Positions 39,401 to 52,786 are shown, counted from the first letter of the stretch. The stretch: 64,000 nucleotides of DNA from Pristiophorus japonicus (GCF_044704955.1 NC_091989.1:104470001-104534000), one strand, 5' to 3'. Made by a program: numbers and translations. Notes: generated by a model not told the origin, from the sequence alone.

Positions 39401-40555
39401 GGTACTGAGGGAATGATCAGCCATGAACTTATTGAATGGTGGTGCAGGCTCGAAGGGCCGAATGGCCTACTCCTGCACCTAATTTCTATGTTTCTATGTT
39501 TCTATGACAGGCAGTGATTAGTGAGGTACTGCAAGGTTCAGTGCTGGGATCCCAGCTATTTACAATATACATTCATGATTTAGACGAAGGAATTCAAAGT
39601 ATATCTCCAAGTTTTCAGATGACACTAAGCTGGGTGGCAGTGTGACCTGTGAGGAGGATGCTAAGAGGCTGTAGTGTGACTTGGACAGGTTAGCTGAGTG
39701 GGCAAATGCATGGCAGATGCAGTATAATGTTGATAAAAGCGAGGTTATCCACTTTGGTGGCAAAAACAGGAAGGCAGAATATTATCTGAATGGTGACAGA
39801 TTAGGAAAAGGGAAGGTGCAATAAGACCTGGGTGTCATGGTACATCAGTCATTGAAAGTTGGCATCCAGGTACAGCAGGCGGTGAAGAAGTCAAATGGCA
39901 TGTTGGCCTTCATAGCTAGGGGATTTGAGTATAGGAGCAGGTAGGTGTCCTGGCCCTTCCAGTTGTACAGGCCCTTGGTGAGGCCACACCTTGAATATTG
40001 TATACAGTTTGGTCTCCTAATCTGAGCAAGGACATTCTTGCTGTTGAGAGAGTGCAGCGAAGGTTCACTAGACTGATTCCTGGGATGGCAGGACTGACAT
40101 ATGAAGAAAGACTGGATCAGCTAGGCTTGTATTCACTGGAATTTAGAAGAATGAGTGGGGATCTCATAGAAACATATAAAATTCTGACGGGATTGGACAG
40201 GTTAGATGCAGGAAGAATGTTCCTGATGTTAGGGAAGTCCAGAACCAGGGGCCACAGTCTAAGTATAAGGGGTAAGCCATTTAGGACCGAGATGAGGAGA
40301 AACTTCTTCACTCAGAGAATTGTGAACCTGTGGAATTCTCTACCGCAGAGAGTTGTTGAGGCCAGTTCATTAGATATATTCAAAAGGAAGTTAGATGTGG
40401 CCCTTACAGCTTAAGGGATCAAGGGGTATGGAGAGAAAGCAGGAATGGGGTGCTTAAGTTGCATGTTCAGCCATGATCATATTGAATGGCAGTGCAGGCT
40501 CGAAGGGCTGAATGGCCTACTCCTGCACCTATTTTCTATGTTTCTCTATTTGTAT
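36461..40555 (+). mobile_element. Two tandem CR1 copies (36461-39505 with EN+RT; 39506-40555 3' part) inserted in the RTE
   Basis: EN ORF 36533..37084, RT ORFs, two tails; the RTE sequence resumes on both sides. Confidence 0.9.
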
Positions 40556-42802
40556 GACAATTTTCCCAGTGGCTGATAGCAGGGAGATTCCCCTGTGGTT
40601 GCCGCAGTCGGAGTTGTCTCCTTTTTTTAAAGATGGTTACGATCTCTGAGATCTGCCGGCATGCTCTCCTCCTTCCAGATATGAAAGATTAGGTAATGTA
40701 TCCACATCAGCAGCACCGCTCTGCAATACTTTAGCGCCTCAGCAGGGATTCCATCTGCTCTTGTAGCTTTGTTATTCTTGAGCTGTTTTATGGCTTTTCC
40801 TACCTCGTGCAATGTTGGGGTTTCACTGAGGTGGTGGCAGGTCGCATGCTGCGGGATGGAGTTGAGAACACTTGAGTCAAAGACAGAGTTTCGATTGAGG
40901 AGATCTTCAAAGTGTTCCTTCCAGCATGTCCTGCCAGCCTCGGTGTCCTTGATGGGTGTTTCCCCGTTCTTGGCCAGCAGTAGGGTGGGGCCTTGGGTGT
41001 TTGGACCGTAGATGGCCTTGACTGCAATGAAGAATCCTCGCATATTGTGGCTGTCGGCCAGTTGTTGTATCTCCTGTGCTTTCTCCTTCTACCACCTCTT
41101 CTTTCGGTCCCAGGTTTTTTGTTGGACCTCAGCCTTGAGCCATCTGTAATGTTGCTTTGCTGGTCTCAACGTGGGTTGTTGCTTGAAGCTCAGAAATAAT
41201 CTGCACTTGCGATCTATTAGTTCTTGGATCTCCTGATCATTTTCATCAAACCAGTCCTGGTGTTTTCTGGTTGAGTGACCAAGTGTCTCTTTGCAGGCAC
41301 TGGTTATGGAGGCTTGGATGGCAGACCAAGCGCTGTGGCATTTAGCATCTCAGAGTCATCAAGGTGCGGCAGATTAGCTGTGAGGCGCTGGCTGTATTGG
41401 GCTCTCTCAGCTGGGTCTTTAACTGCCCCGGCATTGACTTTTTTGGGGCACTGCTTCTGCTGTCCTCTCTGCTTTGGGGCTATGTTAACATCAATGATGG
41501 ATCGGATTAGGCGGTGATCCATCCAACAGTCATCAGCTCCTGTCATGGCGCAGGTGATGCACACATCCTTGCGATCCCTGACTCGCATAATGAAATAGTC
41601 AAGCAGGTGCCAGTGTTTAGAGCAAGGGTGTTGCCACGATACCTTTTATTAGTCACTCTAGCGGAACAGGGTGTTGGTAATGAGGAGTTCATGTTCTAGA
41701 CATTTTGTCAGGAATAGGGTACCGCTGGAGTTGGCTTTCCCTACCCCCTCTCTGCCAATCACACCTCCACAGAGGGCTGTGTCTTTGCCGACCCTGGCGT
41801 TGAAGTCACCTAGGAGGATCAATTTGTCACCCGTGGGGACGCGGGACATGGATGTCTCGAGGTTGGAATAAAAACCCTCTTTAATATCACCCGTTGAATC
41901 AAGTTTTGGGGCATACGCACTGATGACTGTGGCACACTGGATCCAGGACAGGGTGAGATGAAGAGTCATGAGGCATTCATTAAACCCGCAGGGGAAGTCT
42001 TTGAGGTGGTCAACCAGCTCATTTTTCATGGCGAAGCTGACTCCGTGAAGGCGCCGTTCTTCCTCTGGTTTTCCTTTCCAGAAAAAGGTGCAACCTCCAC
42101 CTTGTGCCTTGCGCTGGCCTTCCCCTGCCTGCCGGGTCTCGCTTAGGGTGGCACTGTTGATGTCAAAGTGTCTAAGTTCCTGGGCAACTATGGCGGTGCG
42201 GCGTTCCAGCCTGGTGCTGTTGGAGTTGTCCATGAGGGTCCTGACATTTCAGGTCCAAACTTCATGTTAACGAAGTGGAAGATGCCTGTGCGTGAGTCCT
42301 TTTAACGTGGTGTGGCCGCTGCACACCGGCAACCACACTGGCTTAGCTGAGCAAGGTCTTGGTCCAGTGGCAAGGGGGTCCAAGACGACTGGAGACCAGA
42401 CCCTGCTGTATGAGCCTAATTGCCTACAGCGAGATGTTGGCCGCAAGCTCGGAACCGAGTAGCGCCCTTTATGGTACATGGCCCAAGGCTTGGTTGGGGG
42501 GGCAGGTATTAGGAAGGTCAGCTGTCTGCTGAAGTTCCTAGGGATGTTTTAAAAGTTTCTTCCAAAGTTTTCCATAATTATTTAAAAGTTTCTCCAGAGA
42601 TTTCAAGGATAAATTCTTCAAGTTGTTTAAAAGTTTCAAAGTTTTCCCAAATTGTTAAAAAAGCTACTCAGGTTGACTAAAAGTTTAAAAATAGATTAAA
42701 AGTTGATTAAAAGTTGATTAACAGTCTAAAATGTAAGTCAGTAGTAGGTTACTCCCCTGGCACTGCTTTATGGGTGCCGCCAGCCCTCTGTTGTCCTGGG
42801 CC

Positions 42803-42986
42803 GGCCCCGGAGTCCCTTCAGCCAGTTAAACGCTGGCCCCGGAGTCCCTTCGGCCAGTTAAACGCTGGCCCTGGAGTCCCCTCAGCTGGTTAAACGCCGG
42901 CCCCAGAGTCCCTTTGGCTGGTTAAACATTAGCCCCTGAGTCCCTTCGGTAGGTTAACGCCGGCCACAGAATCCCATCGGCCAACT
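42803..42986. repeat. 32-bp minisatellite GGCCCCGGAGTCCCTTCGGCCAGTTAAACGCT, about 5.7 copies
   Basis: Direct head-to-tail copies with no spacers. Confidence 0.9.
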
Positions 42987-43084
42987 CGGAGCCGGCCTTG
43001 GCAGCGACACCAGAGTCCCGGCGGCCCAATCTGTGGAGGGGAAAGCAGCTGGATGTAGTTTCCTGTATTGTCCTGGAGAGCAGG

Positions 43085-43445
43085 TAAGGCCCTGAGGTTG
43101 GTGAGTTAGGAGGTCGGCGAGTCGGCAAGCCCCCGAGGTCGGTGAGTCAGTAAGGCCCTGAGGTCGATGAGCCGGGAGGTCGGCGAGTTGGTAAGACCCT
43201 GAGGTTGGCGAGTCAGTAAGGCCCTGAGGTCGATGAGCCAGAAGGTCAGCGAGTCGGTAAGGCCCTGAAGTCGGCTAGTCGGTAAGACCCTGAGGTCGGT
43301 GAACTGGGAGTTCGGCAAGTCGGTAAGGCCCTGAGGTTGGTAAGCCAGAAGGTTGGCGAGTCGGTGAGGCACTGAGGTCGGCGAGTCAGTGAGTTGGGAG
43401 ATCGGTGAATAGATAGGCCCTGTGAGGTCGGTGAGTCAGGAGTTC
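43085..43445. repeat. Degenerate tandem array built from GAGGTCGG(C/T)GAGTCGGTAAGGCCCT units
   Basis: Many variable-length copies. Confidence 0.85.
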
Positions 43446-44775
43446 GGACTTGCTCGGCCCGGGAAGGCAGCGGGAGAACGCGCCGACTGCAGCATGCACT
43501 GGCAAGCCATTCCCCACATACTCTCATTCAATGCTGTAAGCATATAAATAGTAAACCGGTAGTAAGAGCAGGGGTGGGGCCGATGAGGGACCAAAAAGGA
43601 GACCTACACATGGAGGCAGAGGGTTTGGCTGAGGTAATAATGTATTTTGCATCTATCTTCAACAAGGAAGAAGATGCTGCCATAGACATAGTGAAGGAGG
43701 AGGTAGAGAAGACACTGGATGGAATAAAAATTGATGTAGATGAGGTACGAGAAAGGCTAGCTGTATTTAAGGTAGATAAGTCACCAGGACTGGAAGTGAT
43801 GCAACGTCAGAAGCTGAGAGAAGTGAAGGAAGAAATCATGGAGGCACTGGCCATAATCTTCCAATCCTCCTTAGAAACGGGGGTGGTGCCAGAGGACTGG
43901 AGAATTTCAAATGTTATACCCTTGTTCAAGAAAGTGTGTAAAGATAATTGGAGCAACTATAGGCCAGTCAGTTTAACCTCGGAACTGGGGAAGCTTTTAG
44001 AAACAATAATCAGGGTCAAAATTAACAGTCACTCGAACAAGTGTGGATTAATTATGGAAAGCCAGCACGGATTTGTTAAAGGCAAATTGTGTTTAATCAA
44101 CTTGATCGAGTGTTTTGATGAGGTAACAAAAAGGGTTGATGACAACAAAGCGGTTGACGTGATGTACATGGATTTCCAAAAGACGTTCGACAAAGGGCCA
44201 CACAATATGCTTGCCAGCAAAGTTGAAGCCCATGCAATAAAAGTGATAGTGACAGCATGGATACAAAATTGGCTAAGTGACAGGAAACAGAGAGTAGTGG
44301 TGAATGGTTGTTTTTCAGACTGGAGGGATGTATGCAGTGGTGTTCCCCAGAAGTCACTTCTAGGACCATTGCTTTATTTGATATATATTAATGAATTGGA
44401 TGTGGGTGTACAGGGCACATTTTCAAATTTGCAGATGACACAAAACTTAGAAGTATAGTGAACAGTGATGAGGATAGTAATAGACTTCAAGCAGGCATAG
44501 ACAGGCTAGTGGAATGTGCAGACAAATGGTAGATGAAATGCAATGCAGAAAAGTGTGAAGTGTACATTTTGGTAGAAAGTATGAGAGGAAATATAAACTA
44601 AAGGGTACAATCCTAAAGGGGGTGTGTGAACAGAGAGACCTAGGGGTATATGACAATAAATCATTGAAAGTGACAGGGCAGATTGAGAAAGCAGTTTAAA
44701 AAGCATATGGGATCCTGGGCTTCATGAATAGAAGTATAGATTACAAAAGCGTGGAAATAATAATTAAACTGTATT

Positions 44776-46502
44776 AACATAAGAATTAGGAACAGGAGTA
44801 AGCCATCTAGCCCCTTGAGCCTGCTCCGCCACTCAACAAGATCATGGCTGATCTGGCCATGGACTCAGCTTCACTTACCCGTCCGCTCCCTATAACCCTT
44901 AATTCCCTTATTGGTTAAAAATCTATCTATCTGTGATTTGAATACATTCAATGAGCTAGCCTCACCTGCTTCCCTGGGCAGAGAATTCCACAGATTCACA
45001 ACCCTCTGGGAGAAGAAATTCCTTCTCAACTCGGTTTTAAATTGGCTCCCCCGTATTTTGAGGCTGTGCCCCCTAGTTCTAGTCTCCCCAACCAGTGGAA
45101 ACAATCTCTCTGCCTCTATCCCTTTCATTATTTTAAATGTTTCTATAAGATCACCCCTCATCCTTCTGAACTCCAACCAGTAAAGACCCAGTCTACTCAA
45201 TCTATCATCATAAGGTAAGCCCCTCATCTCCGGAATCAGCCTAGTGAATCGTCTCTGTATCCCCTCCAAAGCTAATATATCCTTCCTTAAGTAAGGTGAC
45301 CAAAACCGCATGCAGTACTGCAGGTGTGGCCTCACCAATACCCTGTACAGTTGCAGCAGGACCTCCCTGCTTTTGTACTCCATCCCTCTCGCAATGAAGA
45401 CCAACATTCCATTCGCCTTCCTGATTACCTGCTGCACCTGCAAACTAACTTTTTGGGATTCATGCACAAGGACCCCCAGGTCCCTCTGCACCGCAGCATG
45501 TTATAATTGCTCCCCATTCAAATAATATTCCCTTTTACTGTTTTTTTCCCAAGGTGGATGACCTGACATTTTCCGACATTGTATTCCATCTGCCAAACCT
45601 TAGCCCATTCGCTTAACCTATCTAAGTCTCTTTGCAGCCTCTGTGTGTCCTCTACACAACCCGCTTTCCCACTAATCTTTGTGTCATCTGCAAATTTTGT
45701 TACACTACACTCTGTCCCCTCCTCCAGGTCATCTATGTATATTGTAAACAGTTGTGGTCCCAGCACCGATCTCTGTGGCACACCACTAACCACCGATTTC
45801 CAACCTGAAAAGGTCCCATTTATCCCGACTCTCTGCTTTCTGTTAGCCAGCCAATTCTCTATTCATGCTAATACATTTCCTCTGACTCTGCATACCTTTA
45901 TCTTCTGCAGTAACCTTTTGTGTGGCACCTTATTGAATGCCTTTTGAAAATCTAAATACACCACATCCATCGGTACACCTCTATCCACCATGTTCATTAT
46001 ATCCTCAAAGAATTCCAGTAAATTAGTTAAACATGATTTCCCCTTCATGAATCCATGTTGCATCTGCTTGATTGCACTATTCCTATCTAGATGTCCCGCT
46101 ATTTCTTCCATAATGATAGCTTCAAGCATTTTCCCCACTACAGATGTTGAACTAACCAGCCTATAGTTGCCTGCCTTTTGTATGCCCCCTTTTTTAAACA
46201 GAGGCGTTACATTAGCTGCTTTCCAATCTGATGGTACCTCCCCAGATTCCAGAGAATTTTGGTAGATTATAACGAATGCATCTGCTATAACTTCCGCCAT
46301 CTCTTTTAATACCCTGGGATACATTTCATCAGGACCAGGGGAGTTGTCTACCTTGAGATCCATTAGCCTGTCCAGCACTACCCCCCTAGTGATAATGATT
46401 GTCTCAAGGTCCTCCCTTCCCACATTCCCATGACCAGCAATTTTTGGCAATTTTTCCACTGTGAAGACCGAAATAAAATAATTGTTTAAGGTCTCAGCCA
46501 TT
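44776..46502 (-). mobile_element. Relatively young CR1 3' fragment
   Basis: Long RT ORFs 45863..46501, 45518..45793, 44871..45491. Confidence 0.92.
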
Positions 46503-47647
46503 TAAGCACTGGTTCCACCTCAGCAGCAGTATGTGCCCAATTCTGGGCACTACACTTTAGAAAAGATGTGAAGGCCATAGAGAGGGTGCAGAAAAGATTT
46601 ATGGGAAGTATTACAGGGATGTGGGATTTCATTTACGTGGATAGATTGGAGAAGCTTGTGTTGTTCTTCTTAAAGCAGAGAAGATTGAGAGGAGATATGA
46701 TAGATGTGTTCAAAATCATGAAGGTTCTGGACAGAGTAGATAGAGAGAAACTGTTCCCATTAGCAGGTGTCGAGAACCGTAGGGCACAAATTTAAGGTGA
46801 TTGGCAAAAGAACCAAAGGCGACATATGCAGCGAGTGGTTTGGATCTGAAAGGATGGTGGAGGAAGACTCAGTAGAAGCTTTCAAGAGGGAGATGGATAT
46901 GTAGCTGAAAGAAACACAATTACAGGCCGAAGGGGAAAGGGCGGGGGAGTGGGACTAGCTGAGGTGCTCGTGCAAAGAGCTGGCACGGGCTCGATGGGCC
47001 CAATGGCCTTCTTCCGTGCTATAACAATTCTATGATTCAATGATAATCATAGACAGTGTATTCTTTATGGGAAATGCAAACGTCTCGACGCTTCAGAAAT
47101 GTCTGACATTCCTTCAATGTTGTAATGGGAAATGCCTCTCCAGTTATTACTGTCTTCCAGTCCCATTTATTATACCAACCTGCCGGCTGCATGATGTCTG
47201 GGAGCAGGAATTCTGTATGGAACTGCCTCTCCGGTGTCATCACGAATGGGGATTTCTTATCTCTGCTCAATGTCCCAACGTGACGACAAAACGACACATT
47301 ACAAATTCTTTGCAAAATCTGCTCCTTCCTCACCTCCAAATTCCAGTTCTATGATGTCAAACAGTGTGATAGGCATAAATTGAATGAGCAACATTCCTCA
47401 CAGAATGGTTACAATTATGGAGAAATTGAATAAAATGTGCTTTATTGGTCGAAGTCTCTTGACATTTTGGACAATATACTGTGTTTATTTCCTCATTATG
47501 TACTGACCTACATCAGCGCCTGTGTTTCCCACTGAAAACAAATGGTCCGCGGCTGCAAATACAGTCTCCATAATGTAAGGCAGTCAGTCTTATTGACACT
47601 GGTTTAAGCATGAACAGTGCTTATCTCGAGTGTTAATGATACATTCC

Positions 47648-48035
47648 CATCATCATCATCATAGGCAGTCCCTCGGAATCGAGAAAGACTTGTTTCCTCT
47701 CTTAACATGAGTCCTTAGGTGGCTGTGCAGTCCAATACAAGAGCCACAGACTCTGTCACAGGTGGGGCAGATAGTCGTTGAGGGAATGGGTGGGTGGGAC
47801 TGGTTTGTCACGCGCTCGTTTCACTGCCTGCGCTTGCTTTCTGCATGCTCTGGATGATGAGACTCAAAGTACTCAGCGGCCTCCCAGATGCACTTCCTCC
47901 ACTTAGGGCGATCTCTGGCCAGGAACTCCCAGGTGTCAGTGGGGATGTTGCACTTTATCAGGGAGGCTTTGAGGGTGTCTTTGCAACGTTTCCTCTGTAC
48001 ACCTTTGGCTCGTTTGCCATGAAGGAGTTCCGTGG
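47648..48035 (-). mobile_element. RTE LINE 3' fragment
   Basis: (CAT)n tail; similar to 34968-35350. Confidence 0.85.
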
Positions 48036-49122
48036 AGTTCATTCCATAGAGTTAGCTGCAGCCCCGTTTTCATGTCAATTGATTAATGTGGCAAAATCAA
48101 CTGCAGTGAGAAAGCCGGTTGTTTGTGTGGAATCAGAGGTCGCTATGCTAAGCTGTAGAAACCATATTCTGAATATAATTCAAACCCCATTTTTTCTCAC
48201 TCAGACCTGCAAGGGTTTATACAATTTGTGAGCCCATGTGATCAACGTTACAGTATTGTAGGACATGAAGAAACTGCAGTGCGTTTCAGAGATTTAACCA
48301 ATTTAACTGTTCTGAAATGTGTGTGTGGATCAATAAAAAAAGGCAGAAATGTATTTAGTAACACACTTACATAAATATATGAAAATGGAATTAATAAAAG
48401 AGGGACAAAGACCTTAAGGCGAAGCGCTTACACATTCCCATCGGTAGCGATAGTGGGGACAGGAAAATTGCAATGACAAATATGAAGTCAAATCTCTGTT
48501 GAATGTGAACATTAAGTATTATTATAATTACACTGTATCACGCGATGTGAAATAACTACTACTATTCAGCACGAGATGTTTTTCAGTATGTTGCAATTAA
48601 CGGAGTTAAATTTAGAACAAGATGATTTGGTGCTTCGAGCTGAGCCACTGAACCGCTTCCTTTACTTAGCTCGCATAAGCGATTCGCCCTCGTCAATATG
48701 TAGCAACACATCAGTGTAGCTAAAACCAGAAGATAATACCTCAGCTAATGGCTTATACTTTATCAGAACTGATAGATCGCCCACATATTGACCTTTTAAT
48801 TCCTTGAAATAGAAGTGCCACTGTATCGGTTAATTAATTATCAGAATAATGTACACCAATTTGTCTCCATTTGAAGCAACGGATTATTATCAGGTGAGAA
48901 AATTTACTGTGAAATAAACTGAAACATAATGACAGGTAAACAGTTGCACATTTATTGCAGCGAATCAGGGCAAATCAGCACGGCTTTCGAAATGGCAAAT
49001 CGTGCCAGACTTCCCTTCCAGAATTCTTTGAAGAGCAGCTAAAATAGACAAAGGAAATGCAGCAAATGTCGTCCGTATTAATTTTATTTTAAATGAAAAG
49101 ATGGATAATTACTCTTGGAAGC

Positions 49123-51080
49123 AGAAACATAGAAACATAGAAATTTACAGCGCAGAAGGAGGCCATTTCGGCCCACGCCGGCCAACAAAGAGCCACACAG
49201 CCCTTGGTCAGCAGCCCTAAAGGTTATATATAAATCTATGAACAATGACGGAAAGGCAAAGAGCACCCAGTCCAACCAGTCTGCCTCACACAACTGCGAC
49301 AGCCCTAATACTGAAACATTCTACACTCCACCACAACCAAGGCCATGTGACCTCCTGGGAGAGGCAAAAAACAGATAAAAACCCAGACCAATTTAGGGAG
49401 AAAAAATCTGGGAAAATTCCTCTCCGACCCATCCAAGCAATCGAAACTAGTCCACGGGATCATTCTGGCCGTATTCTATTCCCTGCAGTACTTACCTTTA
49501 TATCTGCACCGTCCAACATAAGGTCATCCAGTCTAATCCCAATTACCAGCTCTAGGTCCATAGCCCTCCAGGTTACGGCACTTTAAGTGCCCATCCAACC
49601 ATCTCTTAAAAGTGGTGACGGTTTCTGCATCCATCACTCTTCCAGGCAACAAGTTCCAGATCCCCACAACCCTCTGTGTAAAGAAGCCCCCCCCCCTCCC
49701 ACCCCCACACCTCAAATCCCCTCTAAACGTTCCACCAACCACCTTAAAACTATGCCCCTCATATTAGACCCTCCACCAATGGAAATAGACCATTACTATC
49801 CACTATATCCAGGCCACTCAATATTTTGTACCTCAATGAGGTCTCCTCTCTACCTCTGTTCCAATGAGAACACACCCAGCCTATGCAATCTGTCCTCATA
49901 CCTAAGATTCTCCATTCCAGGCAGTATCCTATTAAATCTCCTCTGCACCCTCTCTAGTGCAATCATGTCCTTCCTATAATATGGCAACCAGAACTGCATG
50001 CAGTACTCCAGCTGTGGCCTAGCCAAAGTATTGTACAATTGAAGCATAACCTCCTTGCTCTTATATTCTATGCCTCGGCCAATAAAGGCAAGCATTCCGT
50101 ATACCTTCTTAATGACCTTATCCATGTGGCCCGCTTCGTTCAGGGATCTGTGGAGAAGCATTCCAAGGTCCGTTTGTTCATCCACACTATTAAGTGGCCT
50201 ACCGCTTAATGTGTATACCCTTTCCTTATTAGCCCTCCCAAAATGCATCACCTCACACTTTTCTGAATTAAATGCCAATTGCCACTGCTCTGCCCACCTG
50301 ACCAATAGATTGATATTCTCCTGCAGCCCATGACTTTCCTCTTCATTATCAACCACACAGCCAATTTTAGTGTCGTCTGCAAACTTCTTAATCATACTCC
50401 CTATATTCAGATCTAAATCGTTGATATATACCACAAAAAGCAAGGGACCCAGTACTGAGCACTGCAAAACCCCACTGGAAACATCCTTCCAGTCACAAAA
50501 CCATCCATCAATCATTGCCCTTTACTTCCTATCTCCAAGCTAATTGTGGATCCAACTTTCCACTTTGCCCTGTATCCCATGGACTTTAACCTTCATGACC
50601 AGTCTACCACGTGGGATCTTATCAAAAGCCTTGCTAAAGTCCATATATACTACATCGTATGCACTACCCTCATTGACCCTCTTGGTTATCTCCTCAAAAA
50701 ATTCAATCAGGTTAATCAAACACGATCTTCCCTTAACAAATTCGTACTGACTGTCCCTAATTAATCCTTGCCTTTCCAAATGCAGATTTATCCTGTCTTT
50801 CAGGACTTTTTCCAATTATTTTCCCACCACTGAAGTTAGGCTCACAGCCTTGTAATTACTCGGCCTATCCCTTTCTCCCTTCTTAAACAAGGGTGCTGCA
50901 TTAGAAGTCCTGCAAACCTCCAGCATCATGCCCAGATCCAAAGAGGATTGGAAAATGATGGTCAAGTCTTCTGCTATGTCCTCTTTTACTTCGCTCAACA
51001 GCCTGGGATGCATTTCATCCGGGACCTGGAACTTATCTACCTTCAAAGCTGCTAAACCCCTTAACACTTCCTCTCTCACA
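49123..51080 (-). mobile_element. CR1 fragment with extended 3'UTR
   Basis: RT ORFs 49850..50515, 50540..50815, 50816..51079; tail. Confidence 0.9.
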
Positions 51081-51444
51081 ATGCATGGGAACTTTCAATA
51101 TGTGAAAAGAGTGCGAGGTTGGGACTATATGGATAGATCTTTCAAAGTCTAGACAGCGGCACACTGAGCCACATGGTCTCTTTCTACGCTGTAAGATTCT
51201 CTGATTCTACTTGGCCATATGGGTCGAGAGATGTTTGGAGGACATAAAACAACTGGTAGCTACTTTCACTAGGTTGATAGATCAGTCCATGAACTGGAGC
51301 TTCAGACGTTTCACATCAGGAGTCTTACCTGGGCTGGAAGTCAGAATGCAGTAACGCACATAGATCAACACAGAGGTTTTGCAGTTTTGCTCGTAAAAAA
51401 TTAGCACCAATCGTTGACTTGTCAGATATCGTTTATAATCTACT

Positions 51445-51450
51445 TTTATT
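51445..51450 (-). terminator. Candidate polyadenylation signal AATAAA for gene B
   Basis: Minus-strand AATAAA downstream of the stop at 51764. Confidence 0.4.
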
Positions 51451-51763
51451 GAATTCATGTATAATGATAATTAGGTACAGCAAGGATATTAGCGTAACAT
51501 TGTAATCGAAAGAGTAGATATTTGTCATCAGTTAAACTAACACAGATTTAACATTAAAGTATGTCAGGAAAGTTACTTTTAACGAATAACTGTAGACTAT
51601 ATTCTTTGATTTATCAATGGAATGCGTTACCTCTCAGAGGAATGGTATCCGACGGTATACATACGCGTGATATGGCAGTGAAATGCGGTCAGTACACACC
51701 AAAAAAGTGAATTCTTCATCTAAAATGCTATTGCTAATTGATTCTTACTTCTGTGTAGAAAGC

Positions 51764-51889
51764 CTATGTTATTCGTCTTTGTTTTTTAGTCTGCAGCTCG
51801 GCATACTCTGTGCTTCTTTCGCTATTAATGCGTGTTCCCGTTTTCTCTGAGCTAGTCAATACTACAGTCGCGTACGTCCCTTGTTCAGT
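51764..51889 (-). CDS. Gene B terminal exon TEQGTYATVVLTSSEKTGTRINSERSTEYAELQTKKQRRIT* (ITIM-like GTYATV, ITSM-like TEYAEL)
   Basis: Acceptor gctttacag in phase 0, TAG stop, AATAAA about 315 nt downstream. Confidence 0.78.
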   Translation of the reverse strand, partial: TEQGTYATVVLTSSEKTGTRINSERSTEYAELQTKKQRRIT

Positions 51890-52096
51890 CTGTAAAGCCA
51901 ATGTTTGGAAATCTTGTTAATTGGTCGTTTTGCAAGTTCTGTGGACTGCTGCTCAAAGCAATAATCATAAGGTCACATAAATAGCCTTAGACACAATAAT
52001 CGTCAAAGTCAGCACAAACATATGCCCTTCGCTATCGCACGAATGTTGATATTACACTGGTGATCCATGTTTCTCAGATCTTTTACTCATTCCTAC

Positions 52097-52198
52097 CTGA
52101 GCGTACACTGTTCTCTCCTCTTCAAGTTTACGTCTTGGAGTTTTCCGGACTCTGTTCAAATCTAATGCAGCATAATTCACGGTCTCAGCCGCTGCTCC
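52097..52198 (-). CDS. Gene B cytoplasmic exon with ITIM VNYAAL and TVYAQ motif
   Basis: Open frame GAAAETVNYAALDLNRVRKTPRRKLEEERTVYAQ, donor CAG|gtagga. The in-phase acceptor position reads cat rather than cag. Confidence 0.7.
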
Positions 52199-52742
52199 AT
52201 GCATGGGTCAGAAAGAATATGTTTGGTTATGTGGCTAGTTCATTGCCTTCACCAGTTTATGTACCGCTGATCAAACATTGAACAGATTAACCTGGGCTAC
52301 AGATCAAGTGTAGAGACCCTAATTCTGATACATTTACGCAAGTGCGAAGATTAAGGAACTACGGTCACTATAACTAATATGTAAGCCTGTCAATGTTCAC
52401 ACTACAACAGTGTTACAGAAATGTTTAAATGTACGGCAGCTTTAGAACGTAAAGTTTTTTTTTCCAAATCCAAAGAATAGATGAATCTATAAACAGTTAT
52501 GACCGAGATGCCTTTTCAACGAAACAGGTTGTTTTCTTATCTGCCATTAAAGATATTTTTTTTTACCAGCAACGCACCGGGTGCCAGTTACATTTCTAAG
52601 CACGATATGAATGACTAAGACCTGACAGATACTTTCAATAAATAGACTTAAACTATTTTGACCTGACTATTATATAATATTTCCATGAAAGCAACCTGTC
52701 TTTCCATTTCAACCATCTGCCGGGATGAATGAATGAACCTAC

Positions 52743-52786
52743 CAGCTCTTCACAGCGGTCCGGTCCCTCTACACATTCTTCTTTAC
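52743..52786 (-). CDS. Gene B short cytoplasmic exon GKEECVEGPDRCEEL
   Basis: Acceptor cgtttccag, donor CTG|gtaggt; converts phase 1 to phase 0. Confidence 0.7.

Larger units (their letters stand above)
34968..43533 (-). mobile_element. Near full-length RTE-clade LINE (endonuclease + RT, decayed), split by CR1 insertions
   Basis: EN (NVRTLMDNSN..ERRTAIVAQEL..LSETR; ILLGDFNARVG), RT (SQC..RGTIDMIF..), (ATG)n tail, 8-bp TSD CTGTAAGC (34960-34967 / 43534-43541). Confidence 0.9.
27190..47037 (+). mobile_element. Old near full-length CR1 LINE, host of the nested insertions (pieces ~27190-28689, 29247-29894, 34947-34967, 43542-44775, 46503-47037)
   Basis: ORF1 esterase-like VGDSLVKG, EN start, RT ORF 43574..44458, 3' tail TTCTATGATTC. 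The sequence is collinear across the insertion junctions. Confidence 0.75.

Noticed and set aside
42803-43445. Possible CRISPR array
   Set aside because: Units are head-to-tail with no unique spacers, there are no cas genes, and the DNA is vertebrate.
47037-47354. Opposing ~100-aa ORFs
   Set aside because: No recognisable domain or splice context; probably chance or very old repeat.
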